A stretch of DNA of 64,000 nt from an uncultured Trueperaceae bacterium. Lineage in GTDB: Bacteria > Deinococcota > Deinococci > Deinococcales > Trueperaceae. This document shows, in pieces, positions 9,606 through 18,842 of this stretch. The stretch spans positions 160,001-224,000 of the forward strand of contig CAWFFU010000010.1 of NCBI GenBank assembly GCA_963815215.1, in the 5' to 3' direction. Within the stretch, counting starts at the first letter, position 1, and the number at the start of each line of letters is the position of its first letter. Below the pieces are notes generated by a model that made no database searches, was not told the origin of the DNA, and was given only the letters and a program-made list of their open reading frames with translations. The position numbers and the translations under genes are program-made.

Positions 9606-10106
9606 TCAGGCCGCCGGGGCCTCGCTACGCTTGAAATAGTGGAGGGTGCCCATCCAGCTGCCGCAGTAGGTCCAGCCCTCCTGCTCGGTGCGCTCGCGCT
9701 GGCGCGTGCTGAGCACCTCGGTGATGCGCAGGTAGCGCCACGGTTCGCGCAGTTCCGGCTTCTCCGGGCGGCGGAAGTGCAGCACCATCGGGCCGAAGCC
9801 GGTCAGCTCCCAGCCCTGGCGGCCCATCTCGTCCATCACCCCGACCTCGTCGAAGGCGGTGGCGGCACGATCCTGGTACTCCCAGGCTTCCGCGAGGAGT
9901 GTCATCTTCTCCTCCAGGTCGATCAAGAACAGGTCCTCGACGTGGGTGTTGAACAGCCAGGCGAGGCGTAGCGCAGTCTGCAGGCTGGGATCGCTCCGGC
10001 CCGTCTCGACGGCGTTGACCGCCTGGCGCGAGAGCCCCAGACGCTGCGCGAGGTCCGCCTGCGACCATCCACGCCCGCGACGGTGCTCCTTGATGGTGTT
10101 GTGCAA
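9606..10106 (-). CDS. XRE-family HTH regulator with C-terminal extra domain
   Basis: TTG start; HNTIKEHR-WSQADLAQRLGLSRQAVNAVETGRSDPSL; C-terminal repeated G(R)QGWEL / EQEGWTY motifs. Confidence 0.85.
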   Translation of the reverse strand: MHNTIKEHRRGRGWSQADLAQRLGLSRQAVNAVETGRSDPSLQTALRLAWLFNTHVEDLFLIDLEEKMTLLAEAWEYQDRAATAFDEVGVMDEMGRQGWELTGFGPMVLHFRRPEKPELREPWRYLRITEVLSTRQRERTEQEGWTYCGSWMGTLHYFKRSEAPAA

Positions 10107-10146
10107 CGCGCTTCCCTTCGTCGGACCCGGGGGCCGCTCCACGGCC

Positions 10147-10189
10147 AGCGTAGTCCATCGAGCGATGACATGTAAAGCCTGCATGTCAT
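10147..10189 (-). promoter_or_regulatory. XRE gene promoter with overlapping operator palindrome
   Basis: TTTACA-N18-TACGCT on the minus strand; ATGACATG-N9-CATGTCAT at 10165-10189. Confidence 0.65.
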
Positions 10190-10262
10190 GACGTGTGAAG
10201 ACTCCACCCATCGAAGTGGCGGAGGCCGCCCCAGGATGGGCTCCGCCACGGCACGATGGGGT

Positions 10263-10838
10263 ATGGCCGATCCTCCACGCCGCGCTGCGGGAGGCCGCGC
10301 GCCCGGCTGGGCGGCGTTCCTCCGCGGCATCAACGTCGGCGGCAAGCACAAGCTTCCCATGCGCGAGCTGACGGCCTTCTTCGCCGAACTCGGCGCGCGC
10401 GACGTCCGCACCTACATCCAGAGCGGCAACGTCGTCTTCCGGGCCACGCCCGACGTCATCGCCGGCCTGCGCGAGAGTTGGCCCTCGCGGGCCGCCGCCC
10501 GCTACGGCTTCGAAGTGCCGCCCGTGCTGCGCTCGTACGAAGAGTTGCGTGAGGTCGTGCGTGCCAACCCCTTCCCGCATGGCGACGTCGACGAGAGGAC
10601 GCTGCACGTGATGTTCCTGGGCGACACGCCCGCTCCCGAAGCGGTCGCCCGGATCGACGTGGGGCGCTCGCCGCCCGATGCCTTCGCCGTACGTGGCCGC
10701 GAGATCTACCTGCACCTCCCCGACGGTATGGCGCGCACCCGGCTCACCAATGCCTACCTCGAGGCCATACTCGCCACGACGTCTACGGCCCGCAACTGGC
10801 GGACCGTGCAGGCGGTGCTGGCGCTGGCTGGCGCTTGA
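10263..10838 (+). CDS. DUF1697-family protein
   Basis: AFLRGINVGG, VRTYIQSGNVVF, TARNWRTV motifs. Confidence 0.88.
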   Translation: MADPPRRAAGGRAPGWAAFLRGINVGGKHKLPMRELTAFFAELGARDVRTYIQSGNVVFRATPDVIAGLRESWPSRAAARYGFEVPPVLRSYEELREVVRANPFPHGDVDERTLHVMFLGDTPAPEAVARIDVGRSPPDAFAVRGREIYLHLPDGMARTRLTNAYLEAILATTSTARNWRTVQAVLALAGA

Positions 10839-10915
10839 GAGGGTCGGCGCCGTGGCGACGCCGCCGTCCCTACCGAACCGGGCATGGCTCGATGCGCCCT
10901 CGACGGCGCCCCGGC

Positions 10916-10944
10916 TTGACGTTCCCCTGATGCCAACGTAGGAT
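10916..10944 (+). promoter_or_regulatory. Sigma70-type promoter of sugar ABC operon
   Basis: TTGACG-N17-TAGGAT. Confidence 0.7.
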
Positions 10945-11020
10945 GATTCGACCTGGAAATGCAGTTCGCACCAGCGGTACGGATCCCGGATCCGTCCGCC
11001 GATCGAGGAGGACACGTATC

Positions 11021-12304
11021 GTGAAACTCAGAGTCCTGGCCATTGTTGCCGCGCTCGGTCTGCTCGGCCTCGCCTCCGCGCAGACCCTCCGCTACTTCTC
11101 CTGGGAACCGAACATCACGGAGCAGACCAACGCCCTCATCCAGCAGTTCGAGGCCGCTCACCCCGGTGTGAAGATCCAGTTCGAGGCCGATTCCCCCGAC
11201 CAGTACTGGCCCAAGATGAGCGCACTGGCGGCGGCCCACAAGCTGCCCGACGTCTTCTACATGTCGAGCGGCTACATCGACGAGTGGCAGTCCAACGGCC
11301 TGCTGGCTGACCTGCAGCCGTTCACGAAAGGTGTCGACTGGAGCCAGTACTTCACCGGCGTGCTGTCGACGGCGCGTTTCCCCCACGGCGCTACCGGCGA
11401 CCTCTACGCCGTCCCCATCGACTGGGTGGGTCCGGTGCTGTACTACAACAAGGACGCCTTCGACAAGGCCGGCGTGCCCTACCCCAGCGCCGACTGGACC
11501 TGGAACGACTTCCTCGATGCCGCCAAGAAGCTGACGGTGCGCGACGCCAACGGCAAGGTCACCCAGTGGGGCTTCTGGGCCTACGGCCGCTACGCACACA
11601 TCGAGCCGTGGATCTTCCAGAACGACGGTCACGTCCTCAACGCCGCGCGCACCCGCATCCAGGTGGATGCCAACGCCAAAGCGGCCATGAAGTTCGTCAC
11701 TGACCTGGTCAACGTCGAGAAGGTGGCGCCGGCGCCCAAGCTGATGTCGGGCGTGAACCAGCAGGACGTGTTCCCGCAGGGCCTGGCTGCGATGTGGGTC
11801 GACGGCAGCTGGAACATCGCGAACAACCGCAAGATCATCGGCGACAAGTTCCACTGGGATATCGCCATGGTGCCGCGCGGCCCGGCCGCAAGCTCCGACA
11901 CGGCCTACACCTGGCCCGACATGATGGCGGTCTCGGCTACCTCCAAGAACAAGGAGTTGGCCTGGGAGTTCGTGCAGTTCATGACCGGTTCGGCGCGTCC
12001 GGCCAACACCTACCTGGCCGGCACGGTGCCCTTCGCCAAGTCCACCGAGGAGGCCGTGCTGAAGAACGACGCGGCGCTGCAACCGGCCCACGAGTCGCTC
12101 CTGCTCGAGATCGGCAAGCTTCCCAGCCGGACCACCTTCACGCCCAAGTGGAGTGAGTGGCGCGGCTACTCGGCGGCCGGCGGCGGCGGGATGAACGGCG
12201 AGCTCGATAAGGTCTTCAACGGGCAGGAGTCCCTGGACGACGCCATCGCTGCCTTCACCAGCCACGGCAACCAGGTGCTCGCCCGGGTCTACCCGAACCC
12301 CTAG
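11021..12304 (+). CDS. Sugar ABC transporter solute-binding protein
   Basis: GAGGAGG RBS; signal peptide ending ASA-Q; PDVF, LYYNKDAFDKAG, WTWNDF motifs. Confidence 0.92.
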   Translation: MKLRVLAIVAALGLLGLASAQTLRYFSWEPNITEQTNALIQQFEAAHPGVKIQFEADSPDQYWPKMSALAAAHKLPDVFYMSSGYIDEWQSNGLLADLQPFTKGVDWSQYFTGVLSTARFPHGATGDLYAVPIDWVGPVLYYNKDAFDKAGVPYPSADWTWNDFLDAAKKLTVRDANGKVTQWGFWAYGRYAHIEPWIFQNDGHVLNAARTRIQVDANAKAAMKFVTDLVNVEKVAPAPKLMSGVNQQDVFPQGLAAMWVDGSWNIANNRKIIGDKFHWDIAMVPRGPAASSDTAYTWPDMMAVSATSKNKELAWEFVQFMTGSARPANTYLAGTVPFAKSTEEAVLKNDAALQPAHESLLLEIGKLPSRTTFTPKWSEWRGYSAAGGGGMNGELDKVFNGQESLDDAIAAFTSHGNQVLARVYPNP

Positions 12305-12317
12305 GCCGCTCGTCACG

Positions 12318-12362
12318 ACGGCGTGTGGGTCGCGGAGCCGAGCTCCGCGACCCACACGCCGT
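12318..12362 (+). other. Perfect 21-bp stem-loop after SBP gene
   Basis: acggcgtgtgggtcgcggagc-cga-gctccgcgacccacacgccgt; no U-tract. Confidence 0.85.
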
Positions 12363-12376
12363 GAGGCTCTCGCCAG

Positions 12377-14128
12377 GTGCGCTACCGAAGGATCACGCCC
12401 TACCTGTTCATCGGCCCCATGATCGTGGGACTGCTGGTCTTCCGGCTGATCCCCATCGCGGCCTCGCTGGCCGCCAGCTTCACGAGCTGGAACGTCTTCT
12501 CGGCGCCGAGCTGGGTGGGTCTGGCGAACTACCGGACCATGCTGGGGTCGGCCGAGTTCTGGCAGGTGCTGAGGAACACCGGCGTCTTCGCCGCCATCTA
12601 CGTGCCGGGGACGATGGTGCTTGGCCTGGCGCTGGCGCTGCTGGTCAACCGCAACCTGAAGGGGGCGACCGCCCTGCGAGGGGTGTTCTTCATGCCCTAC
12701 ATCACCTCGGTGGTGGCAGTGGCCATCGTCTGGCGCTGGATCTTCGCGACCCAGTACGGGGTGCTGAACTACGCTCTGACCCACTGGTTCGGCGTCGCCC
12801 AGGGTCCGTCGTGGCTCGGGGACGGCCGCTACGCGCTGCTGGCGCTGGCCATCGTGTACGTGTGGCAGAGCTCGGGCTTCCAGATGCTGCTGTTCCTGGC
12901 GGGGCTCCAGAACCTCGACGCCAGCCTGGAGGAGGCGGCACGCTGCGACGGCGCGAGCCGCTGGCAGGTGTTCCGACACATCACGCTTCCACTGCTTTCG
13001 CCGATGACGTTCTTCATCCTGATCGTGTCGCTCATCAACTCCTCGAAGACCTTCCAGGTCACCTACGCCCTGACGGGCGGCGGTCCCAACCATGCCTCCA
13101 CGACGCTGGCCTACGCCATCTACCAGAACGCCTTCGTGTTCTTCCGCATGGGCTACGCCTCGGCGCTCGCCTACGCCTTGATGGTGTTCGTAGGGGCGGT
13201 CACCGTCCTCAACTTCAACCTCCGGCGCCGCTGGGTCTACCAGACGAGCCACGAGCGTCGTAACATGGCGGACGCGCCTGCGGTGCGCCGGCCGTGGCGC
13301 GGCCGGCTGACGGCGGCGGTGGTCTACGTCTTCCTGGCGGGGTTCGCCCTGTTGACGCTGTTCCCCTTCCTGTGGATGGTGTTGACCTCGTTCCAGACGG
13401 CCGGCGACACCTTCCGCATCCCGCCGAGCCTGACGCCGTCGCTGCTGTTCAGCGCTCACCCGTTCGCGAACTTCGTCGAGCTGTTCACCCGCTTCACCTT
13501 CGGGCGCTATCTGCTCAACTCGGTCTTCGTGTCGACGGTGGCCGCCGCCGGTCAGCTCGTGACCTGCTCGCTCGCGGGCTTCGCCTTCGCACGCATGCGC
13601 TTCCCGGGCCGAATGCTGCTGTTCGGCGCCCTGGTGTTCACGATGTTCGTGCCCACCGAGGTCACCATCATCCCCGAGTTCCTGCTGATGGCGAAGCTGA
13701 ACTGGCTCGACACCTATCTGCCGCTGATCGTGCCCTCGCTGATGGTGGGGGCCTTCGGGACGTTCTTGCTGACCGAGACCTTCCGGTCCGTGCCCTACGG
13801 GCTCGAGGAGGCGGCCACCATCGACGGAGCGTCGCCGCTGCGCATCTACTGGCACGTCTTCATGCCCATCGCCCGACCGGCGCTGGTGAGCCTCTTCGTC
13901 ATCGCCTTCATCGACAACTGGAACGAGTTGCTGCGCGCCGTTCTGTACATCTCGAGCAACGGCCTCAAGACGGCGCCGCTCGGCCTGGTGTCGCTGCAGG
14001 GGCAGTACCAGTCGGAGTGGACGCTCCTCATGGCGGGCTCGCTACTGTCGATCCTGCCGATGATCCTGGTATACCTGCTGGCGCAGAGGTACATCGTGCA
14101 AGGCTTCGTCACCTCCGGGCTCAAGTAG
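12377..14128 (+). CDS. Carbohydrate ABC permease, two permease subunits in one ORF
   Basis: Two EAA loops (LEEAARCDGAS, LEEAATIDGAS); second unit begins at internal Met 13265. Confidence 0.88.
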   Translation: MRYRRITPYLFIGPMIVGLLVFRLIPIAASLAASFTSWNVFSAPSWVGLANYRTMLGSAEFWQVLRNTGVFAAIYVPGTMVLGLALALLVNRNLKGATALRGVFFMPYITSVVAVAIVWRWIFATQYGVLNYALTHWFGVAQGPSWLGDGRYALLALAIVYVWQSSGFQMLLFLAGLQNLDASLEEAARCDGASRWQVFRHITLPLLSPMTFFILIVSLINSSKTFQVTYALTGGGPNHASTTLAYAIYQNAFVFFRMGYASALAYALMVFVGAVTVLNFNLRRRWVYQTSHERRNMADAPAVRRPWRGRLTAAVVYVFLAGFALLTLFPFLWMVLTSFQTAGDTFRIPPSLTPSLLFSAHPFANFVELFTRFTFGRYLLNSVFVSTVAAAGQLVTCSLAGFAFARMRFPGRMLLFGALVFTMFVPTEVTIIPEFLLMAKLNWLDTYLPLIVPSLMVGAFGTFLLTETFRSVPYGLEEAATIDGASPLRIYWHVFMPIARPALVSLFVIAFIDNWNELLRAVLYISSNGLKTAPLGLVSLQGQYQSEWTLLMAGSLLSILPMILVYLLAQRYIVQGFVTSGLK

Positions 14129-14129
14129 C

Positions 14130-15458
14130 GTGCTGACGATCCGCAAGGAGCGGCGTTCGTTCGACGCCGGTGATGCGCAGGTCGTGGTGATCCGCACCGA
14201 CAGGCTGCGCCCGGTCAGGCTCACGGCTGTCGCGAAGGTGCGCGCGGCGGAGCTGGCGCACATCCTCGGTCAGCGCTTCGAGCGCCCGGTCATGGCGGCG
14301 GCGTTGCCGCCGCCCAGCCTGCGGGCGTCCTCCTGGTCGGAGGGCGCCCAGCCCCGACGGGACGGGCACGAGCTACTGGCGCTGCGCTCGCTGGCGGCCG
14401 CGGCGGTGGGCGCCGTCGGCGCAGAAGGCGGAGATGCCAGGGCCGAGCGCTTCTTGCGCGACCTCGAGGCTCGCGGGCTCGTGGCGCGGGCGCGTCACGA
14501 CGGTGGCCCCGGTGCGGTCCTGACCGTGGTGGTGGGGGGTCTCGGGTTCCCGCGGGCGCTGAGTCGAAGGTCACCGGGCCGGCTGATCGTCAACAGCCAC
14601 TTCTTCGTGCTCGAGCCCGCTGAGCTGGACCGACCCCATGCCGTCATCGGCGATCCGGTGGGGATGCTGGCGGTCGACGGCGTGGTGGTCCGGCCGCCGG
14701 TGACGCGGCGGGCCACCTTGGTGCAGGGGCCTACCGGGTGGTCGGTGACCCAGCTCGGTCCGGACGACGTCGAGTTGCGGGTCGGCGACCGCCCAGGCCG
14801 GGGCCGCCTGTTGGGGCGCGGCGCCGAATCCGCCGCCGGCGCATTCGAGGCTGTCCTGAACGGGCGCTGGCCGATGGCGCTTTCCGAGGAGGGCGGCCTC
14901 GCTGCGCCCCACGGCGGACTGGTGGCCCGTTGGGAGGCGCCGCCCGCCGACGACGTCCGCGGGATCCTCCGCCGCGCCACCCCCGTGAGCTACCTCGTCC
15001 CGCGGCTGCCCGACCTGATCGCGGCCGTGCAGGGCGGTCCGGAGTTGGTGCGCGAGGGAGAGGTCGTGGTCTCGGAGCGGCAGCTCCAACTCGAGGGCCT
15101 GCCCAACCCCATGTCTCCGGCGGCGACAGCGCCGCTGGCCTTTCCGACGGACGTCGACCGCACACCGGCGGCGCGCGTGGCGGCCGCGGTGACGGCGTCC
15201 GGCGAGCTGCTGATCGCCGTGGTCGAAGGGGCCTCTAGCATCGCCGGGCCGTCGGCGTCGGGCTCGTCGGGCTGCACCTTGGTGGAGCTCGCACGGCTGC
15301 TGCGTGACGCCGGTGCCGTCGAAGCGCTGAACCTCGACGGCGGCGGCTCCGCCCAGGCGTTCGAGGGCGCCAGCGCCTGGGTCGTGCCGGGCGATACCCG
15401 GCGGACGGCGGGCGCGTCGTTCGATCGGCCGGTGCCGGTGGCCTTGAGCCTGGGGTGA
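14130..15458 (+). CDS. Phosphodiester glycosidase (NAGPA) family protein
   Basis: C-terminal QGGPELV, GCTLVELA, ALNLDGGGSAQ, RPVP motifs. Confidence 0.75.
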   Translation: MLTIRKERRSFDAGDAQVVVIRTDRLRPVRLTAVAKVRAAELAHILGQRFERPVMAAALPPPSLRASSWSEGAQPRRDGHELLALRSLAAAAVGAVGAEGGDARAERFLRDLEARGLVARARHDGGPGAVLTVVVGGLGFPRALSRRSPGRLIVNSHFFVLEPAELDRPHAVIGDPVGMLAVDGVVVRPPVTRRATLVQGPTGWSVTQLGPDDVELRVGDRPGRGRLLGRGAESAAGAFEAVLNGRWPMALSEEGGLAAPHGGLVARWEAPPADDVRGILRRATPVSYLVPRLPDLIAAVQGGPELVREGEVVVSERQLQLEGLPNPMSPAATAPLAFPTDVDRTPAARVAAAVTASGELLIAVVEGASSIAGPSASGSSGCTLVELARLLRDAGAVEALNLDGGGSAQAFEGASAWVVPGDTRRTAGASFDRPVPVALSLG

Positions 15459-15493
15459 GCGCCGCCGGGCGGCTAGGGCATAGGATGAACGGC

Positions 15494-16495
15494 ATGAGCG
15501 CAGCCAATCCCACCCCTCACGCCGACGGGACGGTCAGCGCCTTCCTGCGCCACCACTACCGCCACTTCAACGCCGCCACCCTGGTGGACGCGGCCGATGC
15601 CTACGTGCGCCACCTCGACGGCGGCGGCGCCATGATGGTCACCCTGGCCGGCGCCATGAGCACCGGTGAGCTGGGCCTGTCCCTTGCCCAGATGATCCGT
15701 CAGGACAAGGTACACGCGATCAGCACGACCGGGGCCAACCTCGAGGAGGACGTCTTCAACCTCATCGCCCACGACTTCTACGAGCGGGTGCCGCACTACC
15801 GCGACCTGACGCCGCAGCAGGAGAGGGGGCTGCTCGACCGGCACATGAACCGCGTCACCGACACCTGCATCCCCGAGGAGGAGGCCATGCGCCGGCTGGA
15901 GGGGGCACTGCTGGAGGCGTGGGTACGGGCGGACGCGGCGGGCGAGCGGTACTTCCCGCACGAGTTCCTGTACCGGTTGCTGCTGAGCGGCGCGCTGGAG
16001 GAGCACTACCAGATCGACCCGCGCGACTCCTGGCTGCTGGCCGCGGCGGAGAAGGACCTGCCGATCGTGACGCCCGGCTGGGAGGACTCCACCACCGGCA
16101 ACATGTTCGCCGCTCACGTCATCACCGGCGAGATCGGCAACGCTCACACCGTCAAGAGCGGCATCGAGGCGATGACCTACCTGGCCGACTGGTACACCCG
16201 CACCGCGCAGGAGCGCAGCATCGGGTTCTTCCAGATCGGTGGGGGCATCGCCGGCGACTTCCCCATCTGCGTGGTGCCGATGCTGCACCAGGACCTACAG
16301 CGCGAGGGCGTGCCGATGTGGGGCTACTTCTGCCAGATCAGCGACTCCACCACCAGCTACGGCTCGTACTCCGGCGCCGTACCCAACGAGAAGATCACCT
16401 GGGGCAAGCTCTCGGTGGATACGCCGAAGTTCATCGTGGAGTCCGACGCCACCATCGTCGCGCCGCTCATGTTCGCGCTGATCCAGGGTCTCTAG
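15494..16495 (+). CDS. Deoxyhypusine-synthase-like protein
   Basis: LAGAMS, TGANLEED, GGG, YGSYSGAVPNEKITWGK, ESDATI; TAGGAT 7 nt before ATG. Confidence 0.9.
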   Translation: MSAANPTPHADGTVSAFLRHHYRHFNAATLVDAADAYVRHLDGGGAMMVTLAGAMSTGELGLSLAQMIRQDKVHAISTTGANLEEDVFNLIAHDFYERVPHYRDLTPQQERGLLDRHMNRVTDTCIPEEEAMRRLEGALLEAWVRADAAGERYFPHEFLYRLLLSGALEEHYQIDPRDSWLLAAAEKDLPIVTPGWEDSTTGNMFAAHVITGEIGNAHTVKSGIEAMTYLADWYTRTAQERSIGFFQIGGGIAGDFPICVVPMLHQDLQREGVPMWGYFCQISDSTTSYGSYSGAVPNEKITWGKLSVDTPKFIVESDATIVAPLMFALIQGL

Positions 16496-16510
16496 GGGCC
16501 GGGCTCCCGC

Positions 16511-17443
16511 TCACGCCGCCGGAACGCCGATCCCTACCAGCGGATCGCCGGCGTTGATGGCGAGGCTGGTCACCGCGAACAGCACCGTGCCGTCAACGGT
16601 GCTGCGCGCCTGCTGCAGTGTCTCGCCCAGCAGGTCGGTGACGGTCCCCAGCGCCTGACCGGGATGCACGCGCTCGCCGACCGTGACGGCGGGGTACCAG
16701 CAACCGGCGTGCTCGCTGCGCGACCAGGCGAAGGTATCGATGACCCGGCTCGGCTCGCCGGCCGGAACGTCCCCCTCGCCCATGCCGAGGTGCGCCAGGA
16801 CGCGCCGCGAGCCCTCCTCGAGCATGCCCACGGCGCTGTCGGGCCACAGCCCCTGGCCGCCGGCCTCCGCCAGCACGGCCGGGATCCCCAGGTCGTGGGC
16901 GGCGGCGAAGGTCATGCCGGCCCCGGCCTCCTCGATCCGGAAGGGGAGTCCGAACGCGTCGGCCATGGCGGCGCTGGCGGCGTCATCGCGCCAGTGGATG
17001 GCGAACGGTGTGAGCGCCTCGATGAGGTCGCCGCCGTGAAGGTCCAGGTAGGCGTCGGCACCCGTCATGAGCTCGTGGACGAGCCAGTGCGCCAGGCGCT
17101 CGCTGGCGCTGCCGTCGGCCCGACCCGGGAAGACGCGGTTGAGGTTCTTGCCGTCCAGCGGGTTCAGGTAGATGCTGCGCGCGACGTAGGCGCTGGTGTT
17201 GACGATCGGTACGATCACGAGCCGTCCCGTCAGCGCGGCGGGGTCGAGGGTGGCCAGCCGCTGGGCGGCCGCGATCGACGCGTACTCGGCGCCGTGGATG
17301 CCGGCGGTCACCAGCAGGGTGGGGCCGGCGGCTCGACCCTGGAGGACGTGGCATGGCACGGGGGGCGCCTCGTCGAGCGGCGCCAGCAGCCCGGACCAAC
17401 GCGAGCCGGGTGCGAGGCCATCGGGAGGGCGGATCGGAGCCAC
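16511..17443 (-). CDS. Succinylglutamate desuccinylase/aspartoacylase (M14) family
   Basis: GIHGAE, NLNRVFPG, LDLHGGD, EAGG motifs. Confidence 0.88.
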   Translation of the reverse strand: MAPIRPPDGLAPGSRWSGLLAPLDEAPPVPCHVLQGRAAGPTLLVTAGIHGAEYASIAAAQRLATLDPAALTGRLVIVPIVNTSAYVARSIYLNPLDGKNLNRVFPGRADGSASERLAHWLVHELMTGADAYLDLHGGDLIEALTPFAIHWRDDAASAAMADAFGLPFRIEEAGAGMTFAAAHDLGIPAVLAEAGGQGLWPDSAVGMLEEGSRRVLAHLGMGEGDVPAGEPSRVIDTFAWSRSEHAGCWYPAVTVGERVHPGQALGTVTDLLGETLQQARSTVDGTVLFAVTSLAINAGDPLVGIGVPAA

Positions 17444-17457
17444 GGTCCGGCTCCCGC

Positions 17458-18216
17458 TCAGCCCTGCTCGAGAGGACGGATCAACACCTCGTTGATGCTC
17501 ACCCGCTTCGGGCGCGTGACCACGTAGCGGATGGCGTCGGCGATGTCCTCGCTCTGCAGCATCTCCATCTTGGCGATGTTGGTCTCGTAGCGTTCCTTGG
17601 TGGCGGCGTGAGGGATGTGGTCGGTCAGCTCGGTGGCGACCACCCCGGGCTCGATGAGCGTCACCTTGATGCCGTCGCCGTTGACCTCCCGCCGCAGGGC
17701 CTCACTGAAGCCGTTCACGCCCCACTTGGTGGCGTTGTAACCCCCTTGGGTGGGGCCCGCGAAGCGTCCGGAGACCGACGAGACGTTGACGATGTGCCCG
17801 CCGCCGCGCGAGCGCATCGGGGCGATCGCCGCTCGGCACGCCACCATCAATCCCAGCAGGTTGATATCGATCATGCGCTCCCAGTCCGCGGGGTCGGTCT
17901 CCTCGATCGGCCCCAGGAACATGACGCCGGCGTTGTTGACCAGCACGTCGAGGCCGCCGAGCGCTTCGACGGTGGCGTCGACCGCCCGTTGTGCGCCGTT
18001 GCGGGTGGCGAGGTCGCCGACGTGCACGAAGACCTCGCTGCCGGCCCCGCGCAACTCGGCGGCCAGCGCCTCGAGCCGGTCGGCTCGGCGGGCGCTCAAC
18101 GCGAGGTTGGCGCCTTCGCGGGCCAGCGCACGGGCCGTGGCCTCCCCGATCCCGCTCGAGGCCCCCGTCACCAGCGCCACCTTGCCGTGAAGCGTGCCTA
18201 CTGTGGTTTCGTTCAT
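17458..18216 (-). CDS. Short-chain dehydrogenase/reductase
   Basis: TGASSGIG, NNAG, YNATK. Confidence 0.92.
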   Translation of the reverse strand: MNETTVGTLHGKVALVTGASSGIGEATARALAREGANLALSARRADRLEALAAELRGAGSEVFVHVGDLATRNGAQRAVDATVEALGGLDVLVNNAGVMFLGPIEETDPADWERMIDINLLGLMVACRAAIAPMRSRGGGHIVNVSSVSGRFAGPTQGGYNATKWGVNGFSEALRREVNGDGIKVTLIEPGVVATELTDHIPHAATKERYETNIAKMEMLQSEDIADAIRYVVTRPKRVSINEVLIRPLEQG

Positions 18217-18800
18217 GCGTCCGTCCCTTCGTGGCCCGGATCGCGCTCCGCGCGCAGCCAGGCGAGTGCGTGGTTCTGGAGCTCCTCGGTACGCTCGGCG
18301 GCGACCACGATCACACCGTCGGCGTCGGCGAGGACCAGATCGCCGGGAGCGATGCTCACCCCCGCGACCTCCACGGCGACATCCAGCGATCCGGCCGAGG
18401 TCGGCTCGCCGCGGGCCGGCAGGCTGCCGCGGGCGCGGACGGCCAGGCCGGTGGCGGCGACCGCGCGAACATCGCGAACGTAGCCGTCGACGATCACGCC
18501 GGCTGCGCCGCGTTCCAGGGCGACGGCCGTGAGCCGGTCGCCCCATAGCGCGGCCTCGAGGCCGGCCGCCGCGATCACCAGGACCTCGCCGGGTCGCAGC
18601 GCCTGCGCGCCTGCGCGCACCGCCGCCAGGTCGCCGTCCGGCGCGGACACGGTGCGTGCGACGCCGGCGAAGTCCCCGCCGAGGTGCACCTGCCACACCG
18701 GACCGGTGGCGCGGGCCACGCCGCGGTCGCACAGCATGCAGCTGACGCCGCCGTCGGCCAGGGCCGGGGCGAGCAGGCGTGCGGCGTCGCCGGCGCTCAC
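18213..18800 (-). CDS. RraA / HMG-CHA aldolase family protein
   Basis: ALWGD, VDGYVRD, PGDLVLADADGVIVV. Confidence 0.88.
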   Translation of the reverse strand: MSAGDAARLLAPALADGGVSCMLCDRGVARATGPVWQVHLGGDFAGVARTVSAPDGDLAAVRAGAQALRPGEVLVIAAAGLEAALWGDRLTAVALERGAAGVIVDGYVRDVRAVAATGLAVRARGSLPARGEPTSAGSLDVAVEVAGVSIAPGDLVLADADGVIVVAAERTEELQNHALAWLRAERDPGHEGTDA

Positions 18801-18842
18801 GAGCGGCGCCTCACGAGCGGTAACTCACGAGGCGTGCCTCAC
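18796..18842. repeat. Degenerate 14-bp tandem repeat at the gene junction
   Basis: ctcacgagcggcgc, ctcacgagcggtaa, ctcacgaggcgtgc, ctcac; tcac at 18797, 18811, 18825, 18839. Confidence 0.9.

Noticed and set aside
10754..13855. Long antisense or off-frame ORFs (e.g. 1033 aa here, 961 aa at 57486-60371, 755 aa at 40743-43010, 696 aa at 2478-4568)
   Set aside because: Arg/Gly/Pro-rich shadow frames of recognisable genes, expected at high GC.
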